64,000 nucleotides of DNA. It comes from Octopus bimaculoides. Its lineage: Eukaryota. A program made the translations under genes and the position numbers. The DNA lies in the NCBI RefSeq assembly GCF_001194135.2, contig NC_068988.1, positions 18,413,059-18,477,058 of the forward strand. The letters are read 5' to 3'. Positions 13,831 to 26,809 of this stretch are shown here, in pieces (position 1 is the first letter of the stretch; each line of letters begins with the position of its first letter). Under the pieces are notes generated by a model. The model searched no databases and had not been told where the DNA came from. It worked only from the letters and a program-made list of their open reading frames with translations.

Positions 13831-14602
13831 CTGTACCTGTCACAAGATAGTAGCAACTAACAGTAATAATAACAACAACAACAAAGCACAAAGCCAGCCG
13901 TTTAAAGAGGAGGAAGTTAGTTGATACCATCAACCCAGGCACTTGACTGGCACTATATTTTATTAGCTGTGAAAGTATGAGAAGCAAAGTTACCCCAGTG
14001 GCATTTAAACTCGTAATGAAACAAGTTGGAATAGATAGCATAAAGGATTTCTTTCCAATGCTCTAACAATTCTGCCAACTCACTACTCTGATGCTGATGA
14101 AATGATAATGATATTACTGATGATGATGACAGCATTAACAATAACAACAACAATGATAATATGATGATGGTGGATCACATTCATCATTATCGTTATTGAC
14201 ATTCTGATCATCATTATGAAGCCAACAGCAATATCTTTTGTATAGTCTATGTAAATATGATGAAACAGTTCACTTTATCTAAAGAGAATTTGTAAGCAGA
14301 CGTAAATGTGAAAAATGTAGATAAAATCATTTGCATGAAAATTAGTGTTAAGTGATATTTGCACATTCCAAAACTTAATACAATAATACTAAGTGTAAGG
14401 CAAACAAAATCAACCATCTTTTAAGTATCATAATGCAGATACACTACAAGGAGAGGACACAATATAGAAAACTGTGCAAGTTTGAAGGCTTTCAATTGTA
14501 GAGATTAAACTGTGGAGAAGATAAAATATTAATTCTATTGGTCTTGCTGAATCTGAGCTGAAGAACTAACAAATTTCAAAAGTATATATATAGTATATAA
14601 CT

Positions 14603-14805
14603 TATTTTCCAGGATACAAGTCAGTAGTATATAGTATAAACATATACTGTAACCATTAAACATTGTCATTCACTTTCTGAATCTTGCAGCATTCTACATG
14701 GCACTTTTGGACTTCCAAAGTCATCTTGGTGTATAAGTCTACCTACTTTTTGGGGGTTGTAAATTATTTTGGTCTGATAAAATTTGGCTTGTATCCTGGA
14801 AAATA
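14603..14805. mobile_element. MITE-like fold-back remnant, probably Tc1/mariner-pogo type
   Basis: 21-bp inverted repeat: tattttccaggatacaagtca (14603-14623) vs reverse complement of 14785-14805, 20/21 identical. The family call is from memory of pogo-type termini. Confidence 0.55.
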
Positions 14806-15849
14806 CAGTAAATGCCTGCAGTGTTATACATGTAAATTAATGAGGTAGCAATCTCAGATTTAGCATAAATATATGATACATAATGGCTTTTGTTCAGTCT
14901 TCATATGTACCAACATCTATTTTGGAATCAATAATATAATATTACAATGAAGAGGATAAAAATACAGAACAATAATAGAAATATTTTCCTGTTAAATTAT
15001 TAAAAAAGAAACTTCTTTATTGAATTATTTAAGTAAAAAAAAAAAAACAACAGTGAATTGTTTATATGTTGCTACTTAAGGTTAACAGAAAAAAAATATG
15101 AGGAATCTCATTATCACTTCTCGCATACTGAAAAGTGTCTAAAAAGTATAAATCATATATGACAAATGCTTATTCATTGCCTACTGAATACAACTTGCTG
15201 TTTTACTATTCTAATAATGGCAATAGGTGACATAGTAATGCATTCACTGGAATTTTAATATATATACAGATTAAAGATTTGACCTCTAAAACAAGGTGTT
15301 GAATATTTATGCCATGGTGGTTGAATTATTCTGCAAATCAATTCCATGGCTTGTAACTGTTTCATAAGCATTATGCATAGACAAGAAAATTTGCTTTTAT
15401 CATAGTGCTACAGGTTGATATTTAATCTATCAATAGAATAATATTGATATAGGTTAGTAATTAAGCAATAATTTATGATAATGATAAAGACAAATGTTTG
15501 TAAAGCCTTCAAGCAATGTAAGTAAAGAGTAAATCAAAACCTGGAAAGCTGTCCGTAAATGAAAACAAAGATAATGATATTCTATTGTCACCTTACTTAG
15601 GGTGTTTAAATAAAATCATTAATCTAGGAAGAAATGACTAAAGTAATATTTGATTTATAGAGAAATCCTTTCTTCAACACAAATATTTATTGTTTCAAAG
15701 TTCCTTATTGTTACATAATCTTGATGTTTTGAGAAACATCCATCATTCAGATAAAAAAAATTAAAAAAAGTACTTGAAGATTTTTGAGAAGTTGTTATCA
15801 GTAAACCATCTCAGTATGCTATTATTATAGTTATTACTGGTATTTCATC

Positions 15850-16140
15850 TAGCTTTATGTTCTGAGTTCAAATTCTGCTGAGGTCGATTTTACTTTTTAT
15901 CTTTTTGAGGTCAATAAAATTACCAGTTATAATTATTACTAAAGTTGAAAGTTAACAGAATCATTAGCATGCTGCACAAAATTTTTAGTGATATATTTTC
16001 TGGCTTTACATCCTGAGTCCAAATTCCATCATAGTCAACTTTGCTTTCATCTTTTGAAGTTTGATAGAATGAGTACCAATGAGTACTGAGGTCAATGCAA
16101 TCAACTTATCCTGCCCTCAAAATTGTCGGCATTGCTATAA
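15850..16140 (+). mobile_element. Two diverged SINE family C copies in tandem
   Basis: TTCTGAGTTCAAATTCTGCTGAGGTCGATTT and CCTGAGTCCAAATTCC...AGTACCA motifs. Confidence 0.6.
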
Positions 16141-19127
16141 AAATTACAAAAAATTTTTACAATCATTATTTTTTACAAAGCTATTTTAAAGTAATAATTA
16201 TAGTAATAGATTATTACAATAATTATAATTTAAGACATAAAGCTCAACTTGATCATTTTAAGTATATATTTAAATGTAACTCATTAGAAATGGGCTTTAA
16301 CAAGAGCTATTGTTTCTAGATTGAGTGTAATACAACCAAATAGATAAAGTTTTTTCATTAGTTATGACAACATATTTGCTGCAAGCATTTTGTTGTCATT
16401 TGAATAAAATGTTTTTTCAGTTCAACAAACCAAAAATGCATACACAGTTTGGGAAATTTATCTACATACATAAACAGTCTATCAAGAAGTTCGTTTGTTT
16501 CTCAACTTGTTAATAGCTTCAAAATATGGGGTCTAACCCCAATTTCATACATTCCTATAATTCTAGAAAGAAAATAATTTTCACAAACTACACCAAAAAA
16601 TATTAATTAAAGATTTTACTAATGAGTAAACATTCTCTACTGGAGAAATATAAATGTTTTTTAGAGATTAAGAAGCTTGAAAACAATAAATACCTCTACT
16701 CAAGAAAAGATTTCACGACATACAAAATTTACTATATCTATTTCTTCCTACTTTTTATGAAGCAAAGAACTTTAGTAATTATGAGCATCATTAATATTTT
16801 AACAGTTACATAAAGGGATTATGATTTTGGAGAACTTTCATGTAGTATGTTGCATAAGACCAAATGTCTTGAAGGAAGAGGTTAAGATTTAACTGGTTCT
16901 TTTATTAACTGAAAAGGATTAAAGACAAACTTAACCTTAGTAGCATTTGAATTTACTTCAATGTAAAGAGCCATAGCGAAACATTTTGTCTAATCTCTTC
17001 TGAATCGGCTAATCCATGTCCCTTTCATGTAATGTTAAATATAATATTCTACTTCAATGGCAGAGTGTAAGATAAGGAATTAAAATACTGCAGTCAAACT
17101 TGCTTTGGCTATAAGAAGTAAACAGCATATCACCCTTATGACTGTACACATATCTAAATGTATTAAGAACCAGTTAGTTCCTCAATAATTCTTCTATAGA
17201 TAAATCTAGGTTTGTTCCTAATCAATAATTCAGGACCATAGGAAACCTTTTAAGTTTGATCTTATGAATAGCCAAGGCATAAACATGTTTTTAAAAGTAT
17301 AAAAAAAAAAAACTTACCATTTTTGTTTAAGAAAAATATATCAGTTTTATTGTTTAAGTCAGCTCTTTATATTAAATATTTGTGAATCATTTATGAGCAA
17401 AACCTTGAAAAATATCTTCTAAACGATTTCACATATGCTTTATGTTTATATATTTGTGCGAATTTCCAAAAAGTATGATTGAATTTCATCATATTCTTTC
17501 AACTAATGAAGTTAGTATGTGGCATTGTATATCAAATATAAACAATGAAAACTTGGTGATTTGGACTTTGAAACTGATATGTCACAATAACTATTCCATT
17601 ATTTGAAAGTATATGACGTAATTGCTCCTTAACAGTTTGTTTGACACAAGAGGTTATGAATAAATGTCACAATAATTATGGTGATCTTTTTGTCAACTAT
17701 CATTTGATGGTTGTTGCACAGCTGGTGTTCTGTTCACATATTCACACTCAATTGCTGTTTCTGTGATGTTGGCTTTGGATTGCTAGGACTACCATTGTGT
17801 TGGTGCATAACCCATTCTTATCTTTCTCTATTTTTTTTTTTTTATATATCTATATACAATTTCTTTTTCCAATTTCTTTAAAAGACCAAAGCTGGTTTCA
17901 ACTCTTCCTATCAAATATTTGCGATCTTTAATATGTCCCGCTAAAGCCTTGCTTATTCTTTCTCACATCAGCATGAATGCATCTATTACTGCCATAACAA
18001 CATAGGTATAAAAGTTAGCATTATATCCAAGCAAATCATTTATACACACACACACACACACACAAACACACATGCTTATATACATGGACACATGCACTTA
18101 CACATATATTCATATATGTGTGAGTGTGTAAATGCATGCACATATGTATGCATATTTATATATGTGTAAGTTTGTGAACATTTGAGTGTGTATGTGTGTG
18201 TGTGTGTGTGTGTGCGCGCGCGCGTGTGTGTGTGTGTGTGTGTGTGTAAATATATGTGAAGTAAATGGCTCTTTGTCAGTTTCAACAATAAATAGACCAG
18301 TATTTCCATTTGACTAATCTCCTGCACTATCAAATCACTACATACTGTGTGCCAAGGTTAGCTCTTTTATTTGCAAGTACAATCCATCCAATGAGCTTCT
18401 ACATAGTTTCTGTTTATGCAGTTTGATTCAAATATCATGGATTAATCCATATCTGTGGTAAAAAAAAACATTCCCATAATGCCACACAGTAGGATCGAAC
18501 CTGCTACCACATGATTCAGTAATAAATTTCTTAACTACTTGATCATGCCTGTATACACATACATGCACACTGACACACGTGCATACATATGTAAATGTGT
18601 GTGTGTGTGTGTGAAAGTTAGCAATGGACTTGAAGAATGGGTTACGCAACAATAGGAAGTTGGATAAACAATTTCTTTCAGTCCAGTCTTTTGTTAGTTC
18701 CATACTGACAGAAACCAGGATTTATTCAGCTGCAGTGATTTGAATTCTGATTCAATGAATGCTGAGTTCCCTCAGTATAAAACCTTGGATAGTTATCCTG
18801 TTAAAAGACACAGACTTACATAGGTATATATACAGAGCAAGAGAGAGAAAGAGAGAGATGTATGTTTGTATGTATGTATATATGTATGCGTGTATGAATG
18901 CGTTAACACTGGTGGGAATTACAATGCAATGAAAATATGTACGTAGGGTTACTAAGTAAAGTGGAATAGCATTTATTCGAAAACAATTTTACATGTATTT
19001 AAAATCAGAGTTTCATATTTATGTTTCTCAGTCACCATAGGATCAAGAATGTAAAACTCCTGCTGACACGCGCTAACTCCACTTGGAATAAATGATATAC
19101 ATATGTGTATATATGTGTATCATATAT

Positions 19128-19184
<57 letters not shown>

Positions 19185-19296
19185 CACACACACACACATA
19201 CATACATACATACATACATACACACACATGTTTATACATATATAAAGTATATACACACACACATGCACAAATGTACACACATGCATATATATAAGC

Positions 19297-19331
<35 letters not shown>

Positions 19332-19696
19332 TGCATATAAATATCCTCAGTTGTGTATGATTGAAAAAAATGTTTTGCCAATGTATATGTATATATGTCT
19401 GTGAGTGAATAATTATTGCAATGTATACAAATATAATTATATTTATGAGTGTTTGTGTATTGACATTTGTTTTAAAACCTATCTTTGTGTCACAAACTGA
19501 TTGCCCGCCTTCAATTTTCTCCTTGCTTATGTGTTGGTCACACCAGTTTATGCACCCCCCACCCTCCAGTCATATAATATTCTGCTATCTGCTTCTCGTT
19601 CAATGATGTTTTTGGTATTTCGGAATTTGCTATGATGATTTTGCTTTCCAGGTTAAAATTCTGAATGAAATAAGACATAGGGTGTTTGAGTGATTG

Positions 19697-19728
<32 letters not shown>

Positions 19729-20497
19729 TTGGACAGTATCTGTGGCTTCTATGACTGCTTTCATATTTTTGGACATTGTTGTCAATTTGGAATGGAATTT
19801 TTTTTTTTAATATGGTCTAAACATGCATCTATGTCATCTGGTTAACAAGACTACTATAGTAGTCTAAATTTACTGTTTTTGTTTTTTTTCCCCTCATTTT
19901 CACATTATACATTTCTTAGTTTCATTTCTTTTCTTTTGTTTGTCAAATTTTTAAATAATTTTAGCTTTAACTATGTTTAAGGAATTTTTAACTTCAATTT
20001 AAACTATATTAGATTTGAATTAAAATTTTTTTTCTTAAGACACAAATATAGCATTTTTGATATGAACTTTTAAAATTCATTTGGAGATTGTACATTAATT
20101 GAAATACTTTGAATAAGATTAATTATTATGCATTATCTAACTTCTTAAAAAAAAAAATCTAATATAATTTTCATGTTAGTAAATTTCTATCACTATAAAA
20201 TTATTATGTATTATTTTGATTATTTATTGTATAATCTAAGAAACTATTTAAAGTTATTCTAACTTAGCGGAGTTTTTAAAATTTATTCTATGAAATGATA
20301 TCTCAAGAATTACTCTTAGATATTTCTTTTTCGTTGGTGTTTATACTGGAACAGTTAACCTGAAATATTATTGACTACTATACACAGTCAACAGAATAAT
20401 AATAATAAAAGAAAAATATAGTATTTGTTGTAACTTATTTCATGATGCATTAGTTTAAATAAAATAGAAAATTAAATTATTTTTATTGTTAATAAGG

Positions 20498-20700
20498 CGT
20501 TAAGCAGTCAGAAACAATAGCAGACCAGATAAAATGTTAAGTAGCATTCCTTTAGTCATTTTACATCCTGAGTTCAAATTCCATCAAGGTCAGCTTTGCC
20601 TTTCATTCTTTCAGGTTTGACAAATTAAGTACCAGTCAAATAGTGAAGTTAATGCAATGAGCCCTATCCTCAAAATTCCAGGCCTTTGCCTATAGTATAG
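20498..20700 (+). mobile_element. SINE family C, diverged
   Basis: CCTGAGTTCAAATTCC...TTTGCCTTTCATTC...AAATTAAGTACCAG...CAGGCCTTTGCC. Confidence 0.7.
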
Positions 20701-20713
20701 TAAGAAGTATTGT

Positions 20714-21097
20714 GGAGGCACAATGGCCCAGTGGTTAGAGCAGCGGACTCGTGGTCGAAGGATCACGGTTTTGATTCCCAGGCCAGGCATTGTGAGTGTT
20801 TATTGAGCGAAAACACCTAAAGCTCCACGAGGCTCCGGCAGGGGATGGTGGCGAACCCTGCTGTAATCTTTCACCACAACTTTCTCTCACTCTTACTTCT
20901 TGTTTCTGCTGTGCCTGCAATTCAAAGGGTCAGCCTTGTCACACTGTGTCACACTGAATATCCCCGAGAACTACGTTATGGGTACACGTGTCTGTGGAGT
21001 GCTCAGCCACTTGCACGTTAATTTCACGAGCAGGCTGTTCCGTTGATTGGATCAACTGGAACCCTCATCGTCGTAACTGACGGAGTGCCAACCACCA
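20714..21097 (+). mobile_element. tRNA-derived SINE family B, near full length
   Basis: Head GGAGGCACAATGGCCCAGTGGTTAG (A box) and TTTGATTCCC (B box); short AAC/ACC tail; highly similar to 32453-32836 and 35856-36248. Confidence 0.9.
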
Positions 21098-21139
21098 GTA
21101 AAAAGGATTACCAGATTTACAGGAAGGGAGTTAGCTGAC

Positions 21140-21345
21140 AAAATCATTAGTGCATCAGACAAACTGCTTAGTATCATTTCTTTCAGCTCTTTACAGTCTT
21201 AGTCCAAATCCTATTGATGTCAACTTTGCCTTTCATCCTTTCGGGGTCAATAAAATAAAGTACCATTCAAGTATTGGCATAGATGTAGTTGACTTCCTCC
21301 CTACCCCAACCTTAGAACTGCTGGCGTTATGCCAAAATTAGAAAG
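21140..21345 (+). mobile_element. SINE family C, diverged
   Basis: Family C body motifs; followed directly by a family A 3' fragment (~21346-21440). Confidence 0.6.
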
Positions 21346-21779
21346 AATTATATCTGTGTGTATGTGTGTCTTTGTATCTGTATTTGTCTCCCCACACACA
21401 CACACACACAGCTTGACAACCGATGTTGGTGTGTTTACGAGAGAAACCCAAAGATGGAGACTTTCAGATGATAATTTATTTAAGTACAAATATATATTTA
21501 TATTAATAGATCTAACTTACACAAAGCACAGATGACAGAGAAAATTAAAAGGGTAGGAGAAAGATGTTATAAGTCCAACAGCTATTTCTGGGGGCTTAGA
21601 GATACATAAGGTTGGTAGATGTAGTTCACCTCAATATGCAGCTGTAATAGATGCAATCAACATAGGATAAGATGAGCCTTCTTCATCAGGGTAGAGAAGA
21701 TCTTACATTTCAGATCCTAATGTTGAACTTCTCTGCGTTAAATTTGTGATATAATTACTAATTTTAGAAAATGCCTTGA

Positions 21780-22240
21780 GCTTCCCCAGAATCAAGTTTC
21801 AGTTTAACATTCTATAAAATATATGTTAATTTGAAACTTCTGATTCTGTAAACCTGAAGTGAGACCCACAGTGGAATGCAGTTCTCACATACAGGATATG
21901 GCTGTCACTATACACAGAAATATTCATGACTGACTCTACAACATTGCCAATTGCCAAGAATTAACTTACCAACACACTCCAGCATCTAGCTTACAGATGC
22001 ACTGTTTCCTGACTCAGCTTCTATTCATTGTTACAAAGGAATCTACTCATCAACACTACCCTCCACTCAAGCCTCCCTTATATGCCCGTCTTTCCTCCCC
22101 TTTTCACTTAATCTATGCTCCACTTCATCAAGCCCCACCTTAGCCACTATTCCTAATTCTTTGGAATTCTTTTCTTACCTATATTTTCATACAGTCTATA
22201 ATTGAACACCATTCATAATAATCTGACTAGTTGTGGACAA
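21780..22240 (+). mobile_element. Decayed CR1/L2-group LINE, 3' part of ORF2
   Basis: ~21850-21930 reads KPEVRPTVECSSHIQDMAVTIH, resembling the YKAQVRPxMEYCSHIW motif after the RT domain. Downstream sequence resembles the SFFPRT..LWNSLP region. Many stops. Confidence 0.6.
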
Positions 22241-22495
22241 CCTAACCAACAAAAAAATTTTACTTTTTAATGGGTTTAACACGTTTTTCTTTGTTGATTA
22301 GTATGGCCTTATCATTGGGTAAACCAAGGTTTTCACATTGTTAAACCCCTTGGGTTAATTCTTTAAGATAAACTAAGATTTCAATGTAAATATAGAAACT
22401 TTATTCAAACAGAGACACAATAAAACCTTCTTGCAGATAAAAATTTAATTTTAATGCATTCAAAACACTCTTTATTATTATCAATATTATTATAT

Positions 22496-22707
22496 GAAGG
22501 CAGCAGGCCGGCAGAATCATTAGCACACCAGGCAAAATGCTTTGCGGAATGCCATCTGCCTTTATGCCTTGAGTTCAAATGCCTTTCATTCTTTCAGGGT
22601 TGACAAAATAAGTACCAGTAAAAGACTGGAGTTGATGTAATCAACTAGTCCTCTCCCACCAAATTTCAGGCCTTGTACCTTTAGTAGAAAAGATTACTAT
22701 TATTGTA

Positions 22708-22776
<69 letters not shown>

Positions 22777-22834
22777 GTTATTATTATTATTATTATTGTG
22801 ATTATTATTGTTATTATTATTATTTTTATTTTTA

Positions 22835-22901
<67 letters not shown>

Positions 22902-23039
22902 CATTACTATTATTTTTAAGGCAGTGAGCTGGCAGAATCATTAGCACACCGAGCAAAATGCTTAGCAGCATTTCGTCCATCTTCTGAGTTCAAATTCTGC
23001 CATGTTCAACTTTACCTTTCACAGTTATTATTATTACTA

Positions 23040-23070
<31 letters not shown>

Positions 23071-23094
23071 TATTATTATTATTATTATTATTAC

Positions 23095-23169
<75 letters not shown>

Positions 23170-23641
23170 CAAGGCAGTGAGCTGGCAGAGTCGTTAGCAC
23201 AGTGGATGAAATGCTTAACAGCATTTTGTCTGCCTTGACGCTCTAAGTTCAAATTCTGTGAAGTTCAACTTTGCATTTTTGTCCTTTCAGGGTTGATAAA
23301 TTAAGTACCAGGGAAACACTGGGGTCGATGTAATTGACTAGCCCCCTCTGCCAAATTTCAGGATTAGAAAGGGTTATTATTATTGTTGTTGTTGCTGTTG
23401 TTAAGGCAGCAAGTTGGGGAAATTTTTACCAAGCCAAGTGAAATGCTTAGTGGCCATTTCATCTGTCTTCACGTTCTGAGTTCAAATTCTACCAAGGTCA
23501 ACTTTACCTTTGAGCTTTTGGGGATTGATAAATTAAGTACTAGTTGAGTACTGGGTTCAATGTAATTGACTAGTCCCCTCCCACCAAATTTCAGGCCTTG
23601 TGCCTTGATTAGAAAGGATTATTATTATTATTATTATTATT
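22496..23641 (+). mobile_element. Head-to-tail array of four SINE family C copies separated by long (ATT)n tails
   Basis: Heads AAGGCAG at ~22497, 22918, 23171 and 23403; tails at 22693-22916, 23024-23169, 23377-23400 and 23620-23641. Copy 2 is a 5' half only. Confidence 0.9.
22693..22916. repeat. Long (ATT)n trinucleotide microsatellite
   Basis: About 220 bp of near-pure ATT with a few interruptions. Confidence 0.97.
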
Positions 23642-24769
23642 AACCAAAACAAATATTCTTAAAAAGAGATACTGGCGGGTAAAAATATAACCTTGAATTA
23701 GATTAAGCGTAATGAAAGATCCTTAATTATCCCCTTTTCAAATATCTTGGATATGTTTTTGTTTTTTTTTTTTGTTTTTTTTGTGGATTCTCATTTCTGT
23801 AATGCATCAATTAATTCTCATTTATTTCTGATCTATTTGATTGCTGTCAGAAACAAGTAATTTAGAATAATATTAGTTTCCCATACTCCTTATCAATTCA
23901 AATAATGAATAGTGCTAATGACTTTGAAGAGTAATTTATGAACTTCATTTTATAACATAATTATAATAACAATATCAAAGAAATAGTTTCATAAAATTAT
24001 ATAAAACAATAATCCCATATTAATATACTAAATATATAAAATACTCAGAATGAAGTTTGATATTATTCCAATTAATATTTCACATTTAATTTAACTCAAC
24101 ACTATTCTGTTCCAGAAAGTTAATATTACTGGTCTCTGTGTGAAAGGGAATAAATTTCATCCTGTAGTTTCTAAAAAAATGCAACAAATTATTGCAAGTC
24201 TATAGAATCGCAATAGAAGGTAGCTGCAATAGGCTATTGTCAACTTTAATTTCTATCTCAGGTATACATTTGTTTTAAAATACAATCAAATATTTGATTC
24301 CATTAAAGTTAATAATGTGTATGAAAATTTAATTGCATATGTGTAAAGAGTAAAATAACTTTAAAATAATAGTAACATTTAAAATTCTCTGATCATACCT
24401 GATTAAGGAATCTGTTTTCTACCAAACTGATTCAATTACTGCATCAATATTCTTAGGAAAGACATGAATACTTCACTTGGTCAGTTATCTTCCCTCATAA
24501 TTCTGAAACTTCATGCTTGATTTTAAAAAATCATTATTTTGCATTTTGAAAACGACTACTATTATTATAGTTATTCAATATCAATCATTATCAATTCATT
24601 ATTAATTAATATTACATGATTCCATGAAAATAGAATTGTTAGTTTTTGGAATATTTCCAGATTATCTTAAAATGCCATATAAAGAATTGAGTAAGTAAAA
24701 TCTTGACTAATCTATTAAGGTTTTAAAAAATATCAATTTTTTTTCTCTTTCTTTAAATATAAAAAACTG

Positions 24770-25145
24770 AAGCTTGCTTCCCAACCATATGGTTCCAGGT
24801 TCAGTCCCTCAGCATGACACTTGGACAAGTGTTTTCTATTGTAGCCTCAGGCAAACCAAAGTTTTGTGAATGGACTTGGCCAGCGAAAACTGAAAAAAGC
24901 CCATCATATATATATATTTACATATATCTATGTGTGGTGTCTTTGTGTCAGTGTTTGTCCCCCATCACTGCTTGACAACCAGTGTTGGTATGTTTAACTC
25001 CCTGTAACTTTGTAGTTCAGCAAAAGAGACCAATAGAATAAGTATTAAGCTTAAAAAATAAGTCCTAAGGTTAATTTGTTTGACTAAAATCCATCAATGC
25101 AGTGGTCTAGTACGGCCATAGTCAAATTACTGAGATAAGTCAAAG
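24770..25145 (+). mobile_element. SINE family A (CORE-like, internal TA/TG tract)
   Basis: AGCTTGCTTCCCAACCATATGGTTCCAGGTTCAGTCCC head, CTTGGACAAGTGTT CORE-like motif, AGAATAAGTA body. Confidence 0.8.
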
Positions 25146-25529
25146 CAAAAAAAAAAAAGATATGCATCTACCATGATTTAAAGATAAATTATGTCCACTT
25201 AATTTTGGTCACACTAATGTTTATTCCTTTTATTTCTAGATTCCTTACAATAGAATATTTACTTAGTGACCACACTCCAACTCTGATCAAATGACACCTA
25301 CTTTTCCACATTGTCTTTCTAATTCTTTCTCATATAATTATGCATTATCTGTAACTAGATCTGTTATATTCTAGAACTTCACAGTAAATGATTGTTTAAT
25401 TTTGAATCTGTCAGTCGTATCCTTCTATACTTAAGCATTTTCTGCTTAAAATATAAGAAAAAAGTAGATAGAATTTATTTCCCTGTGTTGGTGATATACC
25501 ATGCTTGTGTAGACCTGTCAAGCCAAGTG

Positions 25530-25742
25530 AGAACATAGTCATGGTTGATGCCTGTATCAGATTAATGGCACCCATGCCAGTTGCATGTAAAAAACGCCCA
25601 TTACACTCTCAGAGTGGTTGGCAATAGGAAGGGCATCCAGCTATAGAAACCTTGCCAAATCAGATGGGAACCTGGTACAGCTCCCAGCTTACCATCCAAC
25701 TCATGCCAGCATGGAAAACAGACGTTAAATGATGATGATGAA
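25530..25742 (+). mobile_element. Family E element (GAT-tailed, RTE-tail-like)
   Basis: GTGGTTGGCAATAGGAAGGGCATCCAGCTATAGAAAC...CATGCCAGCATGGAAAACAGACGTTAAAT-(GAT)n. Confidence 0.75.
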
Positions 25743-26122
25743 TGTTGACAAAATTTTGACAAAACTTCAGTTACTTTCATGTATGATACTTAACGAACCA
25801 GCAACTGGATCATAATTTCACTTCTAATTAGTTAAGAAAGTAGTTCATTGGGAGAGAGATTGAGTCATTAGAGCAGTATTTGCCCTGATTCTCTACACCC
25901 TGAGTTCAAATAATGTTGAGACCATCTTTGCATTTCACTCTTGTGAAGTTAATAACAATATGTCAACCCTGATCAACAGATTAATGGAGCTGTAAGAACA
26001 TCAGACCAGTTGTATTGCCAGATTTTTTTTCTGACTTCTTGTAAACTGAGTTCAAATCTTGAGGTGGCCAAGTTGGATGTCAGACGTAATCCATTACTTT
26101 GTTTGACACCACCATATGACAC

Positions 26123-26212
26123 CTTGGGTGTCCATTCTGCTGCAAGCCTTTGACGCAAGTCTGTTTTAAAGATACCTTCCTCTCTCCTTCTAACGAATCT
26201 TAGATGCCCTGT
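26123..26212 (-). CDS. Candidate 90-nt exon (TGHLRFVRRREEGIFKTDLRQRLAAEWTPK)
   Basis: Acceptor agcaacttcttAG, donor AAG|GTGTCA, phase 0-0, higher GC and retained CpGs. It could belong to the minus-strand gene but is unlinked. Confidence 0.33.
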
Positions 26213-26478
26213 CTAAGAAGTTGCTAACACCAACTTCTTACTTGGCCAAAAAGGTTAAAGGAAAACATAAAGCAACAAAAAAAAAAACACAGAAAAGAAT
26301 AAATGATAGGAATGGTTTGTTAGAACAGTTTTTACATTCACTCAGAAACTATTTTCTTTGTCATTAGAAAAGATGACATAATTTATTCATGTCTTTATAA
26401 AAGTATATCTTTATTATCTTATTCTTATCAGTCTGAATATTCAACAACTGTCAAGTTTTCATTCTTATTTGAATATAT

Positions 26479-26524
<46 letters not shown>

Positions 26525-26529
26525 CATAC

Positions 26530-26690
26530 ATACGACGGGCTTCTTTCAGTTTCCATCTACCAAATCCACTCACAAGGCTTTGGTCAGCCCAAAGCTATAG
26601 TAGAAGACACTTGCCCAAGGTGCCACACAGTGGGACTGAGCCTGGAACCATGTGGTTCATAAGCAAGCTACTTACCACACAGCCTCTCTT
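26530..26690 (-). mobile_element. SINE family A, 5' half
   Basis: TACGACGGGCTTCTTTCAGTTTCC...CACTTGCCCAAGGTGCCAC...AAGCAAGCTACTTACCACACAGCC. Confidence 0.85.
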
Positions 26691-26809
26691 ATGCCCACAT
26701 ATATCTTTATATATATATATATATATGTATATATTAGGATGTTTGGAAAGTAATTGTGTTTCACCAGAAAGACTATAAAAATTAATGTAAACTACATTTA
26801 TCTGAATAG

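Noticed and set aside
18703-18798. Minus-strand DNYPRFLY after a good acceptor, resembling the RGS-domain C-terminal DSYPRFL motif
   Set aside because: In-frame TGA follows immediately, and no other RGS exons were found; a 7-residue match is compatible with chance.
19544-19660. Possible minus-strand exon NFNLESKIIIANSEIPKTSLNEKQIAEYYMTGGWGVHKL
   Set aside because: Good acceptor but only weak, ambiguous donors and no link to supported exons.
20714-20790. tRNA-like sequences at SINE heads (also 35856, 38958, 49132, 62777)
   Set aside because: A and B boxes are present, but they run into SINE bodies and I could not see an intact cloverleaf or acceptor stem; not tRNA genes.
22641-23238. Poly-Ile, poly-Asn and poly-Tyr ORFs
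   Set aside because: Translations of (ATT)n SINE tails. The same applies to the many YI/HT/CV-repeat ORFs from dinucleotide arrays.
24116-24205. Plus-strand frame KVNITGLCVKGNKFHPVVSKKMQQIIASL-stop after an acceptor-like site
   Set aside because: Short, ends in a stop with no convincing donor, and has no recognisable homology.
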